Shown here piece by piece: positions 59,682 through 64,000 of a stretch of DNA of 64,000 nucleotides. This DNA is from an uncultured Nitrososphaerota archaeon (GTDB lineage: Archaea; Thermoproteota; Nitrososphaeria; Nitrososphaerales; Nitrosopumilaceae): the NCBI GenBank assembly GCA_963701075.1, contig OY969559.1, positions 832,001-896,000 on the forward strand, given 5' to 3'. A program made the translations under genes and the position numbers. Every line of letters begins with the position of its first letter. Within the stretch, counting starts at the first letter, position 1. The notes under the pieces are model-generated. The model was not told the DNA's origin and searched no databases. It was given only the letters and a program-made list of their open reading frames with translations.

Positions 59682-60930
59682 TAAGGCTGATTGCAGTCTT
59701 GATTACATCTGCACCTGCAAGCAAACCTATCTTTCCTTTTTTTGCCTGCTCTTCAGTAAATCTTGTAGTTCCATCCTTTTTGACTGAATCGCCAGAGACC
59801 AAAATTGGAACAGGATCGTCGCTATGTCCTTTGTTTATGCATGGGGTAGAGTGATCTCCTGATATCACGACTGAAACCTTTGAGGTGTCTATGATATCTA
59901 ACAGAGTGCCAAAAAACCTAGTATCAATCTCCTCTATGTTTTTCATCTTTCCGATGGCGTCTCCATCATGGCCAAACTCGTCTGGGCCCTTGATGTGTAC
60001 ATAAATGGCATTCTGTGTTTCCATTGCCTTTGCTGCAACTCTTGCCTTTTCCTCATAATCAGTCAGTCCTCCGGCGTTAAATGTCTGCATCTTTAGCACA
60101 TTTGCTATGCCGATTTCAACTGGCATATCAACTATGCATGAAAATTTCATCTCATGTAACTGGTTTATTGGAATGACATTTGGAAAACTGTTTCCCGCGT
60201 CGCGCAACAGTATTGAATTTAGAAGTTTCTTGCCCTGTGCACTGCGCCTCTTGTTTATCTCACTATTTTTCATAATGGCAAGTGACTGATCTGTGAATTC
60301 ATTTACAAGTAAGGCAGAGAGTTTTGCTCCTGCTGATTCATTTAATGGAAGTGATCTTTCTATCTTCAAGTAATCACCAACAGCTTTTGCAACGCCCATG
60401 CCATCAATTCTTGCATATGCTGGGTCTGTGTTACTGATATCTGGTGACAGGAACTCTCCATCACATCTTATCCTTATTATGACTCTGTGCCCTATGGTTG
60501 GTGATACCACTACAGATGCTTTTGGATTTGAAAACTTGATCTTTTGTTCTAATTCGTGAGAAATGGCAATTGCGTCTTCTCTTTCAATCTTTCTGCCAGC
60601 TCTTCTATCAGTTATGACTCGCTCGTCGTTTACAGTAGAAAAGTTTCCACGCAATGCAAGGTCTCCATTTTTGAAATCGATTCCAATCCCTATTGATTCT
60701 ATGACTCCTCTTCCTACATACACCGAATTCTCAAATCTATAGCCTAGCATGTTAAAGACAGCAATGTCTGATTGAGGGGCTATTCCCTTTCCTACCGAAA
60801 TGACTTCACCTATTGCTCCATTACTTGCAAGTCTGTCCATGTTTGGGGTCTTGGCATATCCTAGCGGAGTCATTCCTTTCAAGTCTGGATGTGGCAAGTC
60901 TCCTATTCCGTCAAGTAAGACGTAGATCAT
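59674..60930 (-). CDS. apgM: 2,3-BPG-independent phosphoglycerate mutase (archaeal type)
   Basis: LDGIGD, PQSD, HIKGPDEFGHDG, GDHSTP and HSDDPVP motifs. Confidence 0.92.
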   Translation of the reverse strand: MIYVLLDGIGDLPHPDLKGMTPLGYAKTPNMDRLASNGAIGEVISVGKGIAPQSDIAVFNMLGYRFENSVYVGRGVIESIGIGIDFKNGDLALRGNFSTVNDERVITDRRAGRKIEREDAIAISHELEQKIKFSNPKASVVVSPTIGHRVIIRIRCDGEFLSPDISNTDPAYARIDGMGVAKAVGDYLKIERSLPLNESAGAKLSALLVNEFTDQSLAIMKNSEINKRRSAQGKKLLNSILLRDAGNSFPNVIPINQLHEMKFSCIVDMPVEIGIANVLKMQTFNAGGLTDYEEKARVAAKAMETQNAIYVHIKGPDEFGHDGDAIGKMKNIEEIDTRFFGTLLDIIDTSKVSVVISGDHSTPCINKGHSDDPVPILVSGDSVKKDGTTRFTEEQAKKGKIGLLAGADVIKTAISLIR

Positions 60931-61087
60931 GTGAACATTGGAATTGTTCGTAATTCTTATTCAGCCTCATCTTCCAAGTTTTTCATATATTACATAAACC
61001 TTGATTTTTTCAAGTCGATCACAATTATTTGCCAACTTGAATATATTAAAAAATGCTAGATGCTCTAACTGATTTGTAATAAGAAAA

Positions 61088-61522
61088 TCAAATAGATATC
61101 TCTTTGAGTTTTATCTTAAAGTTCAGTGTCTTTCCTGCCAGAGGATGATTCAGGTCTACTGTAACTATTCCTTCATCCACTGCAGTAATCATTGCAGGTA
61201 CCTTCTCGCCTGTTGGTAGACCTGCCTCAAAGAGCAGTCCGGCTGTAAGATCCGCTTCTTGTGGGAATACTTCTCTTGGAACCTTTTGTACCAGGGTTGG
61301 ATCGTGTTGCCCATAGGCTTCAGCAGGCTGTATGGTGAACTCTTTCTCATCTCCTTCATTCATTCCTAAGATCGCGTCATCAAATCCTTTTATCACGTGA
61401 CCTGAACCCACTTCAAACTCTAATGGTTTTCCGTGGTCTTCTGAGCTATCAAAAACTGATCCATCGTCGAGTTTTCCAACATATTCTACTTTTACCTTAT
61501 TTCCAGTCTTTACTGCCACCAA
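61088..61522 (-). CDS. FKBP-type peptidyl-prolyl isomerase (SlyD-like)
   Basis: VFDSS...VIKGFD...AYG...VDLNHPLAGKTLNF. Confidence 0.93.
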   Translation of the reverse strand: MVAVKTGNKVKVEYVGKLDDGSVFDSSEDHGKPLEFEVGSGHVIKGFDDAILGMNEGDEKEFTIQPAEAYGQHDPTLVQKVPREVFPQEADLTAGLLFEAGLPTGEKVPAMITAVDEGIVTVDLNHPLAGKTLNFKIKLKEISI

Positions 61523-61625
61523 TCTAAACCCATCCTATTTTATCTGTAAAAAATTTTCTACCATATGTAGATATGGATTTCATATCTCCTTAGGAATGGT
61601 ATAGTAGAAAAATCCTTTGGTTGTT

Positions 61626-62198
61626 CTATGCTTTTGACATCTTATCGTCTTGCAATGGAAATTGCTTTGCAAGATCTTCGGCAAGTTTTTCATAAGACTC
61701 TCTTGTTTTGCCAATCTCCTTGAGTTTTTCTGATTCTACATTTGAAAGCTCTGTGCTTATTCGTTCCACATCATTTCGAAGAGCCATCTCTGCCATCTCA
61801 AACAAGCGGTTGTTTTCTTTCCAAATGTGCTGGACCAGGTGATTGATGTATTCTTGCATATCTGTGATCAATTGGGTGGCATTGCCTGTGGTCATGTATG
61901 TCTTGGAAGATTCTTCCATCCTTGCAGCCAATTTTCGGGTTAATGCATGTTCCATAAGCATGATTGCAATAGGCCCACTCTCTTTTGACATGCCCTTTTT
62001 TTCAAGTTCTGGAAAAAGTGAGTTTTCCTCCTTGCCGTGATGACACAAATCAGTAAAATTTTTTGTAAAATCAATGACTTGTAAAATTATAGGTTCAGGT
62101 ATGGTAGTTCCATTCTGCAAAAGCGGAATTGTTGCCCACATTGCTTTTAGCACTTTCTCGATTAGCGCATGGTCTTGTCTTAGCGATTCAGTAGACAT
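61626..62198 (-). CDS. Hemerythrin/HHE cation-binding protein
   Basis: DH...HHGKEE..LFP...EH...HIWKEN..LF. Confidence 0.88.
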   Translation of the reverse strand: MSTESLRQDHALIEKVLKAMWATIPLLQNGTTIPEPIILQVIDFTKNFTDLCHHGKEENSLFPELEKKGMSKESGPIAIMLMEHALTRKLAARMEESSKTYMTTGNATQLITDMQEYINHLVQHIWKENNRLFEMAEMALRNDVERISTELSNVESEKLKEIGKTRESYEKLAEDLAKQFPLQDDKMSKA

Positions 62199-62414
62199 TT
62201 TGATGTTTGTGCACATATTTTGTTCTAATTTAAGCGTAATTTTTGGTAAATCCAATAATTTGGGGTGTTCGTAGTGCGTTTGTTTGTACCGGATAAACAG
62301 GATGATATCTGCGATCAGTGTGATGTGATATGTAATGTATCAAACTAGTCCATTCGGAAATGTATCAAATACAGGGCTGCCTGTATCCAGGTTTTTCATA
62401 AACCGGCGTGATAT

Positions 62415-62708
62415 ATGTCCATGACCTGTGACGATCTTGATATGAAGAAAAATCTTGTTATTCTAGCAGTTGGAAAAACACTCATAGATATTGACTCTAG
62501 AAGATATACCGAAGTTTCAAAACTTCTTGATGAAAAATATGGTATCGCTCTTTCTGATTGCTATGAAAACCCGAAATACCTGCGGGAAGTGCTAAAAGAT
62601 CTCTACGGAAATTCATACAAGTTTTTAGTAGATTCAATTAAAGAAAAACTCTTAGACTTTCCTGATCATCTAACGATTACAAATTTCTTAGATGTGTTAA
62701 CAAAATAA
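62415..62708 (+). CDS. Nitrosopumilus output-domain (NitrOD5-like) protein
   Basis: SDCYENPKYLREVLKDLYG; similar to the C-terminus of 56713..57069. Confidence 0.7.
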   Translation: MSMTCDDLDMKKNLVILAVGKTLIDIDSRRYTEVSKLLDEKYGIALSDCYENPKYLREVLKDLYGNSYKFLVDSIKEKLLDFPDHLTITNFLDVLTK

Positions 62709-62849
62709 TCTAATTCAATATTCTGATTTCATCACTTTTTTAGATAAAAAGATCCATTCCAGTGTCTTTGGGGTAGATCTCCCGGCATTGAATCATATGT
62801 TCCGATCATTGAAAAGGTTTTAACTTAGCAGATCGGGAATTTAGCAGAT

Positions 62850-63866
62850 ATGGGAGATCTTCGCAAGGATTATGTTATTGATAAATTCGTAATTGTTTCT
62901 CAAGATAATCACAACGCCGGTGACTCAAAGAAATGTCCTTATTGTCCTGGAAATGAATCTATGACAAACCCATCATCGCTCTCCCTTGTTGCAAAGGATG
63001 GTATGTTGCAAAGACTTCAGGATACAGAAGACCACTATGTGGAAAATTGGTCTGTTAGAGTATTTGAAAGCAAGAATCCAGTGGTTGCCACTACATCCGA
63101 GAATTCTTACAGTGACAGGCCGCTTTATAGCGAACCAGCTTACGGTTACCACTATATCGTAGTTGCATCTGAAAAACACAAGGACTCACTTGCTAGTATA
63201 CCGATTGAACAGTGGTCTAACGTTCTAGTTGTAATTCAGGATAGGCTTAGGTGGTTATACACACAAAGAGGGGTGACCTATGTCTCAATCTATGTAAATC
63301 ATGGTAAGGAGGCTGGCGGTCCTGTTATTCACCCGCATATCAACATAGTTACATTTTCTACAATTCCTCCTGTAATAGAACAGGAAGCAGAGGCTGCGCA
63401 CAAGATTCTAAATGAAAAAGGTATATGCCCAATGTGTCAGACTGTAAGTACTGAGACAGGCGGACCAAGGCAGATCCTGCAAACTGAAGGATTCTTGGCA
63501 TTCTGTCCATGGGCTCCCTCACATCCGTACGAATTTTGGATATATCCAAAAAAGCACACGACAAGCTTTTCGAAAATAACTCAAAAGGAGATAAATGATC
63601 TGTCTCTGATCTTGAGGGCTACACTTGGCGGACTTGCCAGTACAATGAAAAATACCGCATACAACATGGTGTTTCATCTCTCACCAGAAAAGAAAAACAA
63701 CCGACAGATTCACTGGCATATAGAAGTATATCCGCAGTCTGATTCTTGGTCTGGTCTTGAAAGGGGATATGGAGTTTTCTTGAACAAGGTAACTCCGGAA
63801 AAGGCAGCAGAAGAGCTTGGCGCATCTTGCAGAAAAGAACTAGCAGGTCTAGTTGGCATAGTATAA
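62850..63866 (+). CDS. galT: Galactose-1-phosphate uridylyltransferase (GalT/HIT) family
   Basis: CPYCPGNE, NHGKEAG..HPH, CPMC and HWHIEVYP motifs. Confidence 0.85.
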   Translation: MGDLRKDYVIDKFVIVSQDNHNAGDSKKCPYCPGNESMTNPSSLSLVAKDGMLQRLQDTEDHYVENWSVRVFESKNPVVATTSENSYSDRPLYSEPAYGYHYIVVASEKHKDSLASIPIEQWSNVLVVIQDRLRWLYTQRGVTYVSIYVNHGKEAGGPVIHPHINIVTFSTIPPVIEQEAEAAHKILNEKGICPMCQTVSTETGGPRQILQTEGFLAFCPWAPSHPYEFWIYPKKHTTSFSKITQKEINDLSLILRATLGGLASTMKNTAYNMVFHLSPEKKNNRQIHWHIEVYPQSDSWSGLERGYGVFLNKVTPEKAAEELGASCRKELAGLVGIV

Positions 63867-63908
63867 CCAATCATTTGGTTTATTTATTGAAGTAAATCAA
63901 GAATAACT

Positions 63909-64000
63909 GTGGCAGTTGAAAAGTGGGTAGCTGCAGCAAGCTTCGCAATGTTTGCACTGTTTGTAGCTGAATTGATATCGGTATCGCATTTTCTAAAAAA
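63909..64000 (+). CDS. Partial membrane protein (runs off the window)
   Basis: GTG start; MAVEKWVAAASFAMFALFVAELISVSHFLK. Confidence 0.55.
   Translation, partial: MAVEKWVAAASFAMFALFVAELISVSHFLK

Noticed and set aside
60931-60954. Possible ATT start extending apgM by 8 residues
   Set aside because: ATG 60930 already precedes the first conserved motif; no evidence requires the extension
41957-62292. TCCGGTAC recurring in three intergenic regions
   Set aside because: It also occurs inside a CDS (~16828), and an 8-mer at this frequency is close to chance

Overview
Chromosomal window from an ammonia-oxidising archaeon (Nitrososphaerota/Thaumarchaeota). This rests on TFB, SRP19/54, S8e/S24e/S27ae, aIF-5A, intron-containing tRNA-Leu(CAA) and tRNA-Tyr(GTA), and DnaJ-ferredoxin. 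Kdp, a type IIIA H+-ATPase and a NiCoT suggest a Nitrosotalea-like acid-soil lineage (inference). Most genes are housekeeping (heme synthesis, translation, ScpAB), with accessory islands at ~0.2-10 kb and ~40-53 kb. Main observations not explained by the ORF track: (1) a perfect 146-bp inverted repeat (5775-5920 / 9601-9746) brackets a Rieske-protein cassette; (2) a second inverted repeat (59-bp perfect core, 40612-40670 / 42882-42940) duplicates the promoter and first 19 codons of an Lrp gene next to kdp, so inversion would swap its promoter; (3) about 11 apparent frameshifts all sit at or beside AGCT, most likely methylation-induced long-read errors rather than pseudogenes; (4) there is an unannotated C/D box sRNA, a KdpF-like peptide, several microproteins, a probable CTG start for hemA and a probable YyaL-CcdA fusion. 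No recombinase, transposase, CRISPR array or rRNA was seen. All family assignments are by motif recognition, not database search.
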